From NCBI GenBank assembly GCA_937867305.1, contig CALMKJ010000025.1:12196-76195 (forward strand): a stretch of 64,000 nt of DNA. Direction: 5' to 3'. Of the stretch, positions 1 to 10,115 are shown in pieces. Source of the stretch: an uncultured Ectothiorhodospiraceae bacterium (GTDB lineage Bacteria; Pseudomonadota; Gammaproteobacteria; JAABTG01). Made by a program: the position numbers and the translations under genes. Each line of letters starts with the position of its first letter. Position 1 is the stretch's first letter. Under the pieces are notes generated by a model, which was not told where the DNA came from, made no database searches, and worked only from the letters and a program-made list of their open reading frames with translations.

Positions 1-2
1 CG

Positions 3-485
3 GCCGGCGTTTGCCACGTCCCGGAGGGGCGCCAGGTCTTCGCGCCGCTCAGCGTCGAGGACAACCTGCGGCTCGGGGCGTATCTCCACCGGCAGGAACG
101 GGCCTGGGTCGAGCGCGAGCTGGATCGCGTCTACACCCTGTTCCCGATCCTGGGCGAGCGCCGGGCGCAGCTGGCGGGGACCCTTTCCGGCGGCCAGCAG
201 CAGATGCTCTCCATCGGCCGCGCCCTGCTCGGCCGGCCGCGCCTGCTGCTCCTGGACGAACCCTCCATGGGGCTGGCGCCGCTGCTCGTCGAGGAGATCT
301 TCCGGGTGGTCCGGGAGCTGAACCGCAGCGGCGTGACCGTGCTCCTGGTGGAGCAGAACGCCCGCGCCGCGCTCGCCATCGCGGACCGCGGCTACGTGCT
401 CGAGACGGGCCGGGTGGTGCTGTCGGCCGCGGCCTCGGAGCTCCTCGCCGACGAGGGGGTGCGCAGGGCGTACCTGGGGCGTTGA
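3..485 (+). CDS. livF: Branched-chain amino acid ABC transporter ATP-binding subunit (5' truncated by window edge)
   Basis: Frame is open from base 3: [23 protein letters not shown]...LSGGQQQML (signature), [12 protein letters not shown] (Walker B), [14 protein letters not shown]...AYLG. Confidence 0.92.
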   Translation, partial: AGVCHVPEGRQVFAPLSVEDNLRLGAYLHRQERAWVERELDRVYTLFPILGERRAQLAGTLSGGQQQMLSIGRALLGRPRLLLLDEPSMGLAPLLVEEIFRVVRELNRSGVTVLLVEQNARAALAIADRGYVLETGRVVLSAAASELLADEGVRRAYLGR

Positions 486-572
486 CGGGGACGGACTCAG
501 GCAGGGCCCCCGGCGGTCAACGGCGGGGCCGTGGGGAGTGAACAGGGGGTCGAAGAGAGGGGAGGGCAGGAT

Positions 573-1235
573 ATGTACGTCGAGCAGATCATGTCCCGCA
601 ACGTGGCGAAGTGCAGCGAGGACACCCGGGTCACCCACCTGTCCGGCATGATGCACGAGCACTGCATCCACCACCTCCCGGTGGTCCGCGGCGAGGACAC
701 GCTCGTGGGGCTCGTCTCCTTCCGCGACCTGCAGCGTCTCTCGCCCTCGCCGGCCACGACGCTCTCGGTCGGCGAGGCGAACTACCTCCTTGGCAAGCTC
801 ACCGCATCCAAGGTGATGCACACCCAGGTGGTGACTTGCTCGCCCGACACCCTGGTGGAGGACGCGGCCTACCTGATGCGGCGCGAGGGGGTGGGCTGCC
901 TGCCGGTGACGCGCGACGGACGCCTGGTAGGTATCGTCACGGTCGAGGACATGCTGGACTTCTTTCTCGAGATCACCGGCTGTACCAGCGAGAGGACCGC
1001 CCGGATCGCGGTGCGCCTGCCGGACCGGACGGGCGAGTTGGCCAAGCTGCTGAGCTCGATCAACACCGCGGGGGGCTACATCGTCACCGTCGTCTCTCCC
1101 CAGCACCCGGACCGGAGCGGGATGCGCCTCGCCATCGTGCGCTACCGTGCCGACGAACCCCAGGCCGTGGACCGCAGGCTGCGGCAGCTCGGCTACGAGC
1201 TGATCACCGCGAGCCTGCCGCAGCCGCCCGGATGA
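573..1235 (+). CDS. CBS-pair plus ACT-like domain protein (AcuB-like)
   Basis: Two CBS repeats (IHHLPVV...LVGLVS; VGCLPV...LVGIVT) and a C-terminal ACT-like segment (LPDRTGELAKL). ATG at 573 follows a GGAGG RBS. Confidence 0.8.
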   Translation: MYVEQIMSRNVAKCSEDTRVTHLSGMMHEHCIHHLPVVRGEDTLVGLVSFRDLQRLSPSPATTLSVGEANYLLGKLTASKVMHTQVVTCSPDTLVEDAAYLMRREGVGCLPVTRDGRLVGIVTVEDMLDFFLEITGCTSERTARIAVRLPDRTGELAKLLSSINTAGGYIVTVVSPQHPDRSGMRLAIVRYRADEPQAVDRRLRQLGYELITASLPQPPG

Positions 1236-2550
1236 GGTCCCGGTACCAGCGGTAGGAGCTCTTCGGGGTCCGGGCCTGGGTCGCGAAGTCCACGTGCACC
1301 AGGCCGAAGCGCGGGCCATAGCCCGAGCCCCACTCGAAGTTGTCGAGCACGCTCCACACGAAGTAGCCGCGCACGTCCGCGCCGGCGGCGATGGCGTCGT
1401 GCATGGAGCCGATGTGGGCCGCGAGGTAGCTCACCCGTTTCGGGTCCCGGACCCTGCCCGCGGCGTCTGGCCGGTCGTCACCACCAGCGCCGTTCTCGGT
1501 GACATAGACCGGTAGACGGTAGGCGCGGGAAAGGTCGAGCAGGAGGTCCCGGAAGGCCTCCGGGTAGATGGGCCAGCCGATCTCGGAGCGCGGCGCGTCG
1601 GCCGGCGGGCTGCCCCACCCGAACCCCCAGGGCAACGACGGGTCGGCCTTCGCGAAGATCGGTCCGTAGTGGTTCAGCCCGAACCAATCGAGGGGGCGGC
1701 AGATGCGCGCGAGGTCTCCTGCCCGAACGTAGGGCTCGATCACCTCGGCGATCCGTGGAGGATAGTGCCCCCGGAGCTGCGGGTCGGGGAACGCGTGGTT
1801 CCAGTGCTCGTCGAGCCACTGGGCCGCAGCGCGGTTTGGCTCGGTCTCGCCTTCGGGCCAGACGGGCTGCTGGTTGTGGATCGCCCCGATCGAGGCCCCC
1901 GGCACCAGGTCGCGCAGTACGTCCACCCCGGCCCCGTGGGCGAGGTTGACGTGGTGGATGGCGCGCAGGTGGGCGTCGCGGTCGCGCAGCCCCGGGGCGC
2001 CCCAGTCCATCGCGTAGCCGAACAGGGTGAAGACCGCGAATTCGTTGAACGTCGCCCAGTGTCTGACCCGGTCGCCACAGCGGCGGGCGACGACGGCGGC
2101 GTAGTCCGCGAACCAGCCGGCGCTGTCCCGGTGGGTCCACCCCCCGAGACCCTCGAGGGCCTGGGGCAGGTCCCAGTGGTAGAGGCAAACCCACGGCTCG
2201 ATCCCCGCGGCGAGCACGGTGTCGACGAGCCGGTCGTAGAAGTCGAGTCCCTTGCCGTTGACGGCGCCGCGGCCCCGCGGCAGCACCCGGGGCCAGGCGA
2301 CGGAGAAGCGGTAGGCGCCGATGCCCAGTTCCCGCATGAGCGCGACGTCCCCCGCGTAGCGGTGGTAGTGGTCACAGGCGACGTCGCCGGTGTCACCGTT
2401 CGCGACCTTGCCGGCCGTGCGGCAGCGGGTGTCCCAGATGCTGGGGAGGCGCCCGTCCTCGGCGGCGGCGCCCTCGATCTGGTAGCTGGAGGTGGAGACC
2501 CCCCAGAGGAACCCCTCGGGCCAGGCGGTGGGAAACGGCGGGGTAGGCAT
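1204..2550 (-). CDS. Glycoside hydrolase family 1 beta-glucosidase
   Basis: FLWGVSTSSYQIEG, DHYHRY, YRFSVAWPR, LYHWDLPQ, TFNE (acid/base), VTENG (nucleophile), DNFEW. Start taken at MPTPPF (2550); no signal peptide. Confidence 0.93.
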   Translation of the reverse strand: MPTPPFPTAWPEGFLWGVSTSSYQIEGAAAEDGRLPSIWDTRCRTAGKVANGDTGDVACDHYHRYAGDVALMRELGIGAYRFSVAWPRVLPRGRGAVNGKGLDFYDRLVDTVLAAGIEPWVCLYHWDLPQALEGLGGWTHRDSAGWFADYAAVVARRCGDRVRHWATFNEFAVFTLFGYAMDWGAPGLRDRDAHLRAIHHVNLAHGAGVDVLRDLVPGASIGAIHNQQPVWPEGETEPNRAAAQWLDEHWNHAFPDPQLRGHYPPRIAEVIEPYVRAGDLARICRPLDWFGLNHYGPIFAKADPSLPWGFGWGSPPADAPRSEIGWPIYPEAFRDLLLDLSRAYRLPVYVTENGAGGDDRPDAAGRVRDPKRVSYLAAHIGSMHDAIAAGADVRGYFVWSVLDNFEWGSGYGPRFGLVHVDFATQARTPKSSYRWYRDLIRAAAAGSR

Positions 2551-2608
2551 GATGACCTCGGGTCCCTTGCCGGCGTCCGGGCTACGGGGCTTGCTTCCGG
2601 CGTTCAGG

Positions 2609-3190
2609 CTACTCTTCCCCTCCAGGGGGCAGGCCGTCAAGCTGGAGCAGGAGGCACTCGGCCTCGTGCCGAAGGCCCGCTTCCAGGAGCTCCGCCACCC
2701 GCCGCTCCAGCAGCGCGCGGTCCGCTGCGAGCTCCGGTGGCACGGGGGGGCATTCCCCGTCCTCCATCCGATACCGGGTGGGTTCCCGCGCAAGGGGCGT
2801 CGGGGAAGCCCTGGGGGCGACCTCGAAGACCTCAGGGACGGACAGGGGGCGCGTGGCCTCCCGCTGGCGCCCCGTCTCGGACCGTGGAGGCGAGGCCTTC
2901 ACGGCGGAGGGCAGGGCCTGTGCCTCTGGTGCGGCCGGTTCGTAGCGCGTCCGCGCGCGTCCGGCCCCCTTGTCCTGGACGCCTGGAAGCTCGAGCAGCA
3001 GGTTCACCGCGAGGACCAGCACCGCCGCCGTCGCCAGGGCGGGCAGCAGCCACTGGCGGCGCGGGCGCCGCAGCTCGGCGCGGGCGGCGGCACGGATGGC
3101 CGTGTCCAACCGCTGCGGAGGCTCCGGCCGCGGGGCCCGCCGGTAGAGGTCGAGGATGCGCTCGTCCCCGGGGTCGGGTCGCTCACTCAT
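2609..3190 (-). CDS. Putative membrane-anchored anti-sigma factor
   Basis: Overlaps the ECF sigma stop. N-terminal LYRRAPRPEPPQRLDTAIRAAAR, then one TM helix (WLLPALATAAVLVLAV) and a Pro-rich periplasmic part. Confidence 0.65.
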   Translation of the reverse strand: MSERPDPGDERILDLYRRAPRPEPPQRLDTAIRAAARAELRRPRRQWLLPALATAAVLVLAVNLLLELPGVQDKGAGRARTRYEPAAPEAQALPSAVKASPPRSETGRQREATRPLSVPEVFEVAPRASPTPLAREPTRYRMEDGECPPVPPELAADRALLERRVAELLEAGLRHEAECLLLQLDGLPPGGEE

Positions 3191-3797
3191 CGCAGTCCTC
3201 CAGGCCGGCCCGCAGCCGCCGCAGCGCGTAGCGCAAACGGCTCTTCACCGTCTCCCGGCCCGTGCCGGTCACCTCGGCGATCTGCTCGAGCGTCAGGCCG
3301 CCCTCGGTCTGCAGGAGGAAGGCGTCGCGCTGCTCCCGGGCGAGACCGGAGAGGAGCTTGAGCAGGCGCTCCACGCAGTCCCGCAGCAGGGTCCAGGCCT
3401 CGGGCCAAGGGAAGGACAGGTCGACGACGCTCTCGTCGATGGGCTCGCTCGCCGGTGGGCGCTGCCGCCAGTGGTCGGCGAGCAGGTTGCGGGCGATGCG
3501 AAAGAGCCAGGGGGCGAAGGCCGCCTGGGGACGCCAGCCCTGGCGGGCGCGGACCACCCGCAGCCAGGTCTCCTGGAAGAGCTCTTCCGCGGCACCGTCG
3601 CTCTCGCAGTGGCGCAGGAGATACCGGAAGAGGGGACCCCGGAAGCGCTCGTAGAGGGTGTCGAAGGCGTCCGCGTCGCCCGCCGCGTAGAGGGCCATCA
3701 GGTCCTCGTCGGCGGGCTCGCGGGGGGTGCCTTCGGCGGTGCTCACCGGGATAGGGTTCGGCAAGCTGGCGGCTCCGGGGTCCTCGGGGGGCCTCAA
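3183..3797 (-). CDS. ECF-family RNA polymerase sigma factor
   Basis: DEDLMALYAAGDADAFDTLY, AEELFQETWLRV, WLFRIARNLLADHWR (region 2), LTLEQIAEVTGTGRETVKSRLRYA (region 4). TTG start overlaps the upstream stop; the true start may be further in. Confidence 0.93.
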   Translation of the reverse strand: MRPPEDPGAASLPNPIPVSTAEGTPREPADEDLMALYAAGDADAFDTLYERFRGPLFRYLLRHCESDGAAEELFQETWLRVVRARQGWRPQAAFAPWLFRIARNLLADHWRQRPPASEPIDESVVDLSFPWPEAWTLLRDCVERLLKLLSGLAREQRDAFLLQTEGGLTLEQIAEVTGTGRETVKSRLRYALRRLRAGLEDCDE

Positions 3798-5515
3798 TCC
3801 GGGGCTCGGTCCCCGGGGCCCGCGGGGGAGGCCGGCTCGAGCGAGTCGGCCAGCTTCACGAGCTTCAGGAACTCGGCCCGATGGCCCTCGGGGTCGTCTC
3901 CCCGGGCGCCCTGGGCGAGTTTCACAATGGCATCGTACCCGAAGCCCTCCAGGTACGTACCGCCCCGCAGCCGTTGGCCGAAGGCGGCCACCGCCGCCGC
4001 GAAGCGCAGATCGTCCGACGCCCCGCCCAGGTCGGCGCGCACGGTGGCGCGGGCGACCGGGCGCTCGATCAGGCTGCTCGCGGCCTCGTCGGTCTTCTTG
4101 TAACGCACCCGCACGAACGCGAGCTCCCGGGAGTGGCCCCCGGCGACCGCTTGGGACTGATAGCGCAGGGGCTCGACCCGCTCGCCGCCGCTCCCGGCGA
4201 GGGCGATCTCGTAGAGGGCCGTGACCGACTGCCCCGCCCCCACGTCACCGGCGTCCACCCGGTCGTTGGCGAAGTCCTCGCGGCGGAGCTGCCGGTTCTC
4301 GTAGCCGATGAGACGGTACTCCGAGACCGCGGAGGGATTGAATTCGACCTGCACCTTGGCGTCCCGGGCCACGGTGAGGAGGGTACCGCCCAGATTCTCC
4401 ACCAGGACCTTGCGGGCCTCCTGGAGGTCGTCGATGTAGGCATAGGCGCCGTCGCCTTGGTCGGCGAGCTGTTCCATCAGGCGCTCGTTGTAGTTGCCGG
4501 TGCCGAAGCCGAGGGTGGTCAGCGCCACGCCGTGCGCCCGCTCGCGCTTGACGAGGTCTACGAGGGCGTCGTGGCCGACCACGCCCACGTTGAAGTCGCC
4601 GTCGGTGGCCAGCAGGACGCGATTGATACCCCCGGGGATGAAGCCCTCGCGGGCCTTGGCGTAGGCGAGCTGGATGCCGGCCGCTCCGTGGGTGGGGCCG
4701 CCGGCCTCGAGCTGGTCGATGGCCGCCTCGATGGTGGCCTTGCGGTCGCCGGGGGTCGGCTCCAGGACCACGCCGCTGGCCCCGGCGTACGCCACCAGGG
4801 CGACCCGGTCCCGGGCGCCGAGCCGCCGGACGAGGAGGTGCAGGGACTGTTTGACCAGGGGCAGCTTGTCCGGGGACTTCATGGAGCCGGAGACGTCCAC
4901 CAGGAACACGAGGTTCGCGGGGGGCAGCCGCTCGGGCGGCGGCGCCCAGGTCTTCACCCCGATGCGCAGCAGGTGGGTCTTCGGGTTCCAGGGCGAGGGT
5001 GCGACCTCGGTGGTTACCGCGAAGGGGGCGTCACGGTTCGTGGGTGCGGCGTCGGAGTAGGCGAAGTAGTTGATCAGCTCCTCGGTGCGCACCGCGTCCG
5101 TCGGCGGCAGCCGGCCCTGGTGGAGGAACCGGCGCACGTTCGAATAACTGCCCGTGTCCACGTCGAGGGAGAAGGTGGACACCGGCAGCTCGGCGACCCG
5201 CTTGACGGGATTGTCGTCGAAGTGGGCGTACTGCTCCCGGTCGAGCGGCGCCGACGGGGTCCGGATGTCGAGCGGGGGGCTGTCCGCCATGGAGTAGGCG
5301 GCCGCGGGGGCGGACCCCTGCGGGGCGCCGGGGGCCATCCGGACCCTCGTCTTGCCTCTTTCCGCAGGTTCCGGGCTCGACCCGGTCCGTGCCTCATTCC
5401 GGGTGGACACGGGACCGGTCCCCTCCGCGTCCGGGGCCGAGGGCGGCGTGTGCAGGTTGCAGGCGCCGAGCGTGAGCAGGACGACGGGTGCGACGAGAAG
5501 GTGGCGCAGGGACAT
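3794..5515 (-). CDS. YfbK-like VWA-domain lipoprotein
   Basis: Lipobox LTLGAC; STFSLDVDTGSY; MIDAS motif DVSGSM; LATDGDFNVG; YRLIGYENR...DAGDVGAG. ATG at 5515 lies 9 nt after GGAGGA. Confidence 0.88.
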   Translation of the reverse strand: MSLRHLLVAPVVLLTLGACNLHTPPSAPDAEGTGPVSTRNEARTGSSPEPAERGKTRVRMAPGAPQGSAPAAAYSMADSPPLDIRTPSAPLDREQYAHFDDNPVKRVAELPVSTFSLDVDTGSYSNVRRFLHQGRLPPTDAVRTEELINYFAYSDAAPTNRDAPFAVTTEVAPSPWNPKTHLLRIGVKTWAPPPERLPPANLVFLVDVSGSMKSPDKLPLVKQSLHLLVRRLGARDRVALVAYAGASGVVLEPTPGDRKATIEAAIDQLEAGGPTHGAAGIQLAYAKAREGFIPGGINRVLLATDGDFNVGVVGHDALVDLVKRERAHGVALTTLGFGTGNYNERLMEQLADQGDGAYAYIDDLQEARKVLVENLGGTLLTVARDAKVQVEFNPSAVSEYRLIGYENRQLRREDFANDRVDAGDVGAGQSVTALYEIALAGSGGERVEPLRYQSQAVAGGHSRELAFVRVRYKKTDEAASSLIERPVARATVRADLGGASDDLRFAAAVAAFGQRLRGGTYLEGFGYDAIVKLAQGARGDDPEGHRAEFLKLVKLADSLEPASPAGPGDRAPD

Positions 5516-5548
5516 GGGGTTCACTCCTCCGGGGTGTGGTACGGACTC

Positions 5549-5578
5549 CAGAACGGGGAATCGGGCCGGATGGGGTTA
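5549..5578 (-). promoter_or_regulatory. Candidate ECF-sigma promoter for the VWA-sigma-anti-sigma operon
   Basis: Minus strand reads TAACCCC-N16-CGTTCTG, an AAC/CGT ECF-type -35/-10 pair, 34 nt upstream of the VWA gene start. Confidence 0.6.
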
Positions 5579-5633
5579 AACCGGCCCGGGATGCCCGCCC
5601 GCCGGAGGGTCCCCGCTCGCCTCCGTCCCCCGA

Positions 5634-7034
5634 TCAGAACAGCCGGTTCAGCCCGTTCAGCGCCGCCACGCGGTATGCCTCGGCCATGGTGGGGTAGTTG
5701 AAGGTCGTGTCGGCGAAGTAGGCGATGGAGTTGCCCGGTGGCTGTTGCGCCATGATGGCCTGGCCGATGTGCACGATCTCCGAGGCGCCCTCGCCGAAGC
5801 AGTGGATGCCGAGGAGTGCGAGCGTCTCGCGGTGGAAGAGAAGCTTCAGCATCCCCACGGTGCGACCCGTGATCTGGGCACGCGCGAGGCCCTGGAAGCG
5901 GGCCCGCCCGACCTCGTACGGCACCTGCTCGGCGGTGAGCTCGCGCTCGGTCCTGCCGAGGGAGCTGATCTCCGGGCTGGTGTAGATCCCGGTCGGTACC
6001 GACTCGACCATCCTCCGGTCGCAGGAGCCCCTGACGATGTGAGTGGCCGCGTAGCGGCCCTGGTCGAGGCTCGCGCTGGCCAGCGCGGGCGGGCCAATCA
6101 CGTCGCCCACCGCGTAGACGTGGGGAAGTGCGGTTTGCAGCGAGCCGTTGACCTCCACCTGACCGCGGCCGTTGACCCGCACGCCGAGCTCCTCGAGCCC
6201 GAGGCCCGCCGTGTTTCCGGTGCGCCCGTTGGCCCAGAGCAGCACGTCGGCCCGGAACTTCTTGCCCGAGCGGCAGTGCAGCACGACCCCATCGTCCCGG
6301 GGCTCTACGCCCGAGGCCGTCTCGTCGTTGCGGATCACGACGCCGAGGTTGCGCAGGTGATAGCTGAGCGCGTCGGTGATCTCGTCGTCCAGGAAGTTCA
6401 GGAGACGGTCCCGCGTGTTGACCAGATTCACCTGCGCGTCGAGGTGCGCGAAGACCGAGGCGTACTCGCAGCCGATGATGCCCGCGCCGTAGATCGTGAC
6501 CGAGCGGGGCGTGTAGTCGAGGTTGAGGACGCTGTCGCTGTCCCGCACCCGGGGGTGTGAGAAGTCCACGTCCTCGGGGTGATAGGGATGCGACCCCGCC
6601 GCGAGGACGAAGGCGTCGGCGTGATAGTGCTCCCGTCCACCCTTGGGCAGGGTCACCTCGACCGTGTGGGGGTCGACGAAGCGGGCGTTGCCCTCGATCA
6701 GGCTCACGCCGTTGCGCACGTAGTTGCGGTGGTGGGTGCGGACCTGCTCGGCGATGACCGAGTGGGCCCCCCGCAACAGGTCCGGGTAGGACACGCTGAC
6801 GTGCCCCACCGCCCCCTGGAACAGGGGGCTGCGGCGAAAGTCGGCAAGCTGCTGAACGGCCTGACGCAGGGCCTTGCTCGGGATGGTCCCCCAGTGGGTA
6901 CAGCCGCCGCCGACCCGGGGGTTGCGGTCGATCACGGCCACCCGGCGGCCGGACTTGCTGAGCTTCATGGCGGCGCCTTCGCCGCCCGGCCCGCTTCCGA
7001 TGACGATGACGTCGAAAACCTGTTCGCTCCCCAT
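5634..7034 (-). CDS. sthA: Soluble pyridine nucleotide transhydrogenase
   Basis: [69 protein letters not shown]. Start at MGSEQ (7034). Confidence 0.95.
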   Translation of the reverse strand: MGSEQVFDVIVIGSGPGGEGAAMKLSKSGRRVAVIDRNPRVGGGCTHWGTIPSKALRQAVQQLADFRRSPLFQGAVGHVSVSYPDLLRGAHSVIAEQVRTHHRNYVRNGVSLIEGNARFVDPHTVEVTLPKGGREHYHADAFVLAAGSHPYHPEDVDFSHPRVRDSDSVLNLDYTPRSVTIYGAGIIGCEYASVFAHLDAQVNLVNTRDRLLNFLDDEITDALSYHLRNLGVVIRNDETASGVEPRDDGVVLHCRSGKKFRADVLLWANGRTGNTAGLGLEELGVRVNGRGQVEVNGSLQTALPHVYAVGDVIGPPALASASLDQGRYAATHIVRGSCDRRMVESVPTGIYTSPEISSLGRTERELTAEQVPYEVGRARFQGLARAQITGRTVGMLKLLFHRETLALLGIHCFGEGASEIVHIGQAIMAQQPPGNSIAYFADTTFNYPTMAEAYRVAALNGLNRLF

Positions 7035-7045
7035 GCTGGGCTCCT

Positions 7046-9892
7046 TCAGCCGCAGGCGCCGATGGCGCCGCAGGCCGTGCAGAAATCGCAGCCGTCCCGG
7101 CGGACGACCGTATACCCTCCGCACTCCTCGCAACGCCGGCCAGGCTGGGTTCCAGGATTGCCCCCGCTGCGGGGCCCGGCACCCTCCACGACGCCCATCG
7201 GCTCCACCGGGAAGCCTTCACCGTCGAGGATGCCGAGCATGGCGTAGCGGTGGAGGATGAGCGCGGCCAGGTAGGCCACCGTCGAGGGATAGCTCCGCTG
7301 GCGGTGCCGGCCGGGCTCCCAGGCGAGGAAGTCCCCGCGCGGCTCCTGGAAGTCGGCGATCTGGCGCAGCTTCGCCCCGACCCAGGCCGGGTCGATCACG
7401 CGCATGTCGTAGGAGAGGCTCTTGCAGAGTCCGTCCAGGACCCGCGGATAGGCGCCGGACAGCCAGACGGAGTAGGGCCGGCGCTTGCCGTCGGGGAGGA
7501 CGAGCTCCTTCAGCCCCATCACGAAGTCGTCCCCGGTGGCCGGGTTCAGGATGTCCACGGTCCAGGACAGCGTGCCGTCCGTTCCCGTCTTGGGCTCCTT
7601 GGGGCTCATCAGGGCGTCCAGCACCGGGGTCGGCCCCAGGTCCTCGAACGCCCCGAGCTCCGTGCAGCGCAGGTGCACGAGGCGCGCGAAGCCCGCCACG
7701 AGGCTCGGGACGCGCACGGCCTCGCCGGAAGGCGGCATGGGCAGGTCGAAGGCATCGTCGCCGGAGGCCCGCATCAGGCTCTCGAGCTTGGTCCGCAGCC
7801 AGCCCCGGTCGTTCGAGCGCATGTCCATCGACAGGCTCTTGGCGAGCGCGCCGAGTCCCCGGGGTTGCTCTGCCCCGTTGACCCAGACCTCGAAGGGGTA
7901 GCTGCGCCCGCCGTCCTCGACGTGGCCGATGAACACCGCGAAGCTGCCGAGCGGGTGATCGATCAGGTAGGTCCAGGCGGGGTTTCCGTTGACCGGCCGC
8001 GGCCTGCGCTGCCAGCGCAGACTCGCGAGCGCTGGGCGGGGCACCCGGTCCAGGCGCAGCCGGCGGTCTGCATCGGAGAGGTCCAGGTCCTGGCGGTCCA
8101 CCACGGGCCCCGGCCGTGGCTCCGGCGCGAGCGTCTCGGCGGGTGGCGGCTCGACCGAGAGCACCGAGCCCGTCACCGGATTGGGGCGGAAGGTCGCGAG
8201 TCCCTTCAGCCCCGCGCGCCAGGCGTGCAGGTAGAGGTCCCGGAAATCGGTGAAGGGGTAGTCGGCCGGCACGTTGACGGTCTTGGAGATGGCGGCGTCG
8301 ACCCAGGGCTGCACCGCCTCGAGCATCCGCATGTGGTCGATGGCCGTGATCTCGAGCGCCGTGACCCAGTGCCCCGGGAGATGTGCGGTGTCGCCTCCGG
8401 TCTCGCGGTACTGGCGGTAGGCGTGGTCTTCGACCCGGTACTCGTCGTGCCCACCGTCGGCGCGACGCTTGCGCCGGGTGTATGTCCACGAGAAGGGGGG
8501 CTCGATCCCGTTGGATGCGTTGTCGGCGAACGCGAGACTGATGGTGCCCGTGGGCGCGACGGACAGCAGGTGGCTGTTGCGCAGCCCGTGCTCGCGGATG
8601 CGCTCGCGCAGGGGGGCCGGGAGCCTCGCGGCGAAGTCCGAAGCGAGATACCGCTCGGCGTCGAAGAGCGGGAAGGGGCCCTTCTCCCGGGCGAGGTCCA
8701 CCGAGGCCCCGTAGGCCGCGTCGCGCATCGTCCGGGCGATGGCCGCAGCCCGGGCCCGCGCGTCGAGCGTGTCGTAGCGCAGGCCCAGCATGATCAGCGC
8801 GTCCCCGAGACCCGTGAAGCCGAGCCCCACCCGCCGCTTGGCGGTCGCTTCGGCGCGCTGCTGCGCGAGCGGCCAGAAGGTCGACTGCAGGACGTTGTCG
8901 AGCATGCGGATGGCGACCGCGCAGACCTCCGCCAGATGCGCCTCGTCGAAGCGGGCCGCGCCGGTGAAGGGCTCCTCCACGAATCGCGTCAGGTCGACGC
9001 TGCCGAGGCAGCAGCAGCCATAGTCGGGCAGGGGCTGCTCGCCGCAGGGATTGGTCGCCTCCAGCCGCTCGCAGTAGGCGAGGTTGTTCTCGGCATTGGC
9101 GCGGTCCACGAAGAAGACGCCCGGCTCCGCGTGGTCGTAGGTGCTCCGCGTGACGGTGTCGAAGAGCTCGCGGGCGCGCACCGTGCGGTAGACCCAGAGT
9201 CCGTCCGCACGCCGGTGGGCGCCGGCGGCGAGGAGGTCTCCGGAAGGCTCCGCGCGATGCACCAGCTCCCACGGCCCGTCGGCCTCCACCGCCCGCATGA
9301 AGGCGTCGGTGAGGGCGACCGAGAGGTTGAAGTTGGTGAGCTCGCCCTTGGCGTCCTTGGCGTGGACGAAGGCCTCCACGTCGGGGTGGTCGCAGCGCAG
9401 GATGCCCATCTGCGCACCGCGCCGGGCGCCTGCGCTCTCGACCGTCTCGCACATCCGGTCGAATACCCTCATGTACGAGACCGGTCCCGAGGCCTTGCTG
9501 GCGGTGCCGCGCACCAGCGCCCCCTGGGGACGGATGCGGGAGAAGTCGTAGCCTACGCCGCCTCCGCGGCGCATGGTCTCGGCGGCCTCCGAGAGTGCCA
9601 CCATGATCCCGGGCTTGCCGTCCTCCTCCCCGAGGGTCGCGTCCCCGACCGGCTGCACGAAGCAGTTGATGAGGGTTGCCCGGATGTCGGTGCCCGCGGC
9701 GCTCATCACCCGCCCGGCGGGGATGAACCCCCCGCGCATCGCGTCGAGGAAACGGGGCTCCCAGGCGGCGGGCTCGCGCTCGACGGCCGCCAGCGCGCGG
9801 GCTACGCGGCGCTGGACTTCCTCCAGGGTCCGCTCCTCTCCCTTGGCGTACTTCTCCAGCAGGACATCGATCGAGATGGGTTGCGTGGTCAT
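7046..9892 (-). CDS. nrdJ: Class II (adenosylcobalamin-dependent) ribonucleotide reductase
   Basis: [39 protein letters not shown] (thiyl Cys), [17 protein letters not shown]-terminal Cys-rich zinc-ribbon tail; no ATP cone. Confidence 0.93.
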   Translation of the reverse strand: MTTQPISIDVLLEKYAKGEERTLEEVQRRVARALAAVEREPAAWEPRFLDAMRGGFIPAGRVMSAAGTDIRATLINCFVQPVGDATLGEEDGKPGIMVALSEAAETMRRGGGVGYDFSRIRPQGALVRGTASKASGPVSYMRVFDRMCETVESAGARRGAQMGILRCDHPDVEAFVHAKDAKGELTNFNLSVALTDAFMRAVEADGPWELVHRAEPSGDLLAAGAHRRADGLWVYRTVRARELFDTVTRSTYDHAEPGVFFVDRANAENNLAYCERLEATNPCGEQPLPDYGCCCLGSVDLTRFVEEPFTGAARFDEAHLAEVCAVAIRMLDNVLQSTFWPLAQQRAEATAKRRVGLGFTGLGDALIMLGLRYDTLDARARAAAIARTMRDAAYGASVDLAREKGPFPLFDAERYLASDFAARLPAPLRERIREHGLRNSHLLSVAPTGTISLAFADNASNGIEPPFSWTYTRRKRRADGGHDEYRVEDHAYRQYRETGGDTAHLPGHWVTALEITAIDHMRMLEAVQPWVDAAISKTVNVPADYPFTDFRDLYLHAWRAGLKGLATFRPNPVTGSVLSVEPPPAETLAPEPRPGPVVDRQDLDLSDADRRLRLDRVPRPALASLRWQRRPRPVNGNPAWTYLIDHPLGSFAVFIGHVEDGGRSYPFEVWVNGAEQPRGLGALAKSLSMDMRSNDRGWLRTKLESLMRASGDDAFDLPMPPSGEAVRVPSLVAGFARLVHLRCTELGAFEDLGPTPVLDALMSPKEPKTGTDGTLSWTVDILNPATGDDFVMGLKELVLPDGKRRPYSVWLSGAYPRVLDGLCKSLSYDMRVIDPAWVGAKLRQIADFQEPRGDFLAWEPGRHRQRSYPSTVAYLAALILHRYAMLGILDGEGFPVEPMGVVEGAGPRSGGNPGTQPGRRCEECGGYTVVRRDGCDFCTACGAIGACG

Positions 9893-10115
9893 CCACGAAG
9901 TATGGGCCCGAAGGGCAGTGTTTGAGTATCCGGGGGATCATTGCCTGGGGGCCGAAGGACGATCCTTGAGCCCGCTCGGCTAGCCGTCCGATAATGAAAA
10001 ATACGCGCGTCGCAATCCCCAGCGGTCGTACTCCTCTCCGTCAGCCGCGACGCGACGCCCGGGCTCGCGGGGCTCAAAGGCTCGCGGGCTGGGCCGGAAC
10101 GGAGGGACGACGCGC

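Noticed and set aside
1204..1235. Convergent 3' overlaps (CBS/GH1; also psiE/zwf at 46655-46667 and phaG/hemolysin III at 57789-57820)
   Set aside because: Short tail-to-tail overlaps are common in compact high-GC genomes; no evidence of special function.
7218..9941. Very long alternative-frame and antisense ORFs (907 aa and 891 aa over nrdJ; similar ones over hynL, mrcA, zwf and phaA)
   Set aside because: Expected shadow ORFs in high-GC DNA with few stop codons. They are Arg/Pro/Gly-rich, motif-free and overlap well-supported genes.
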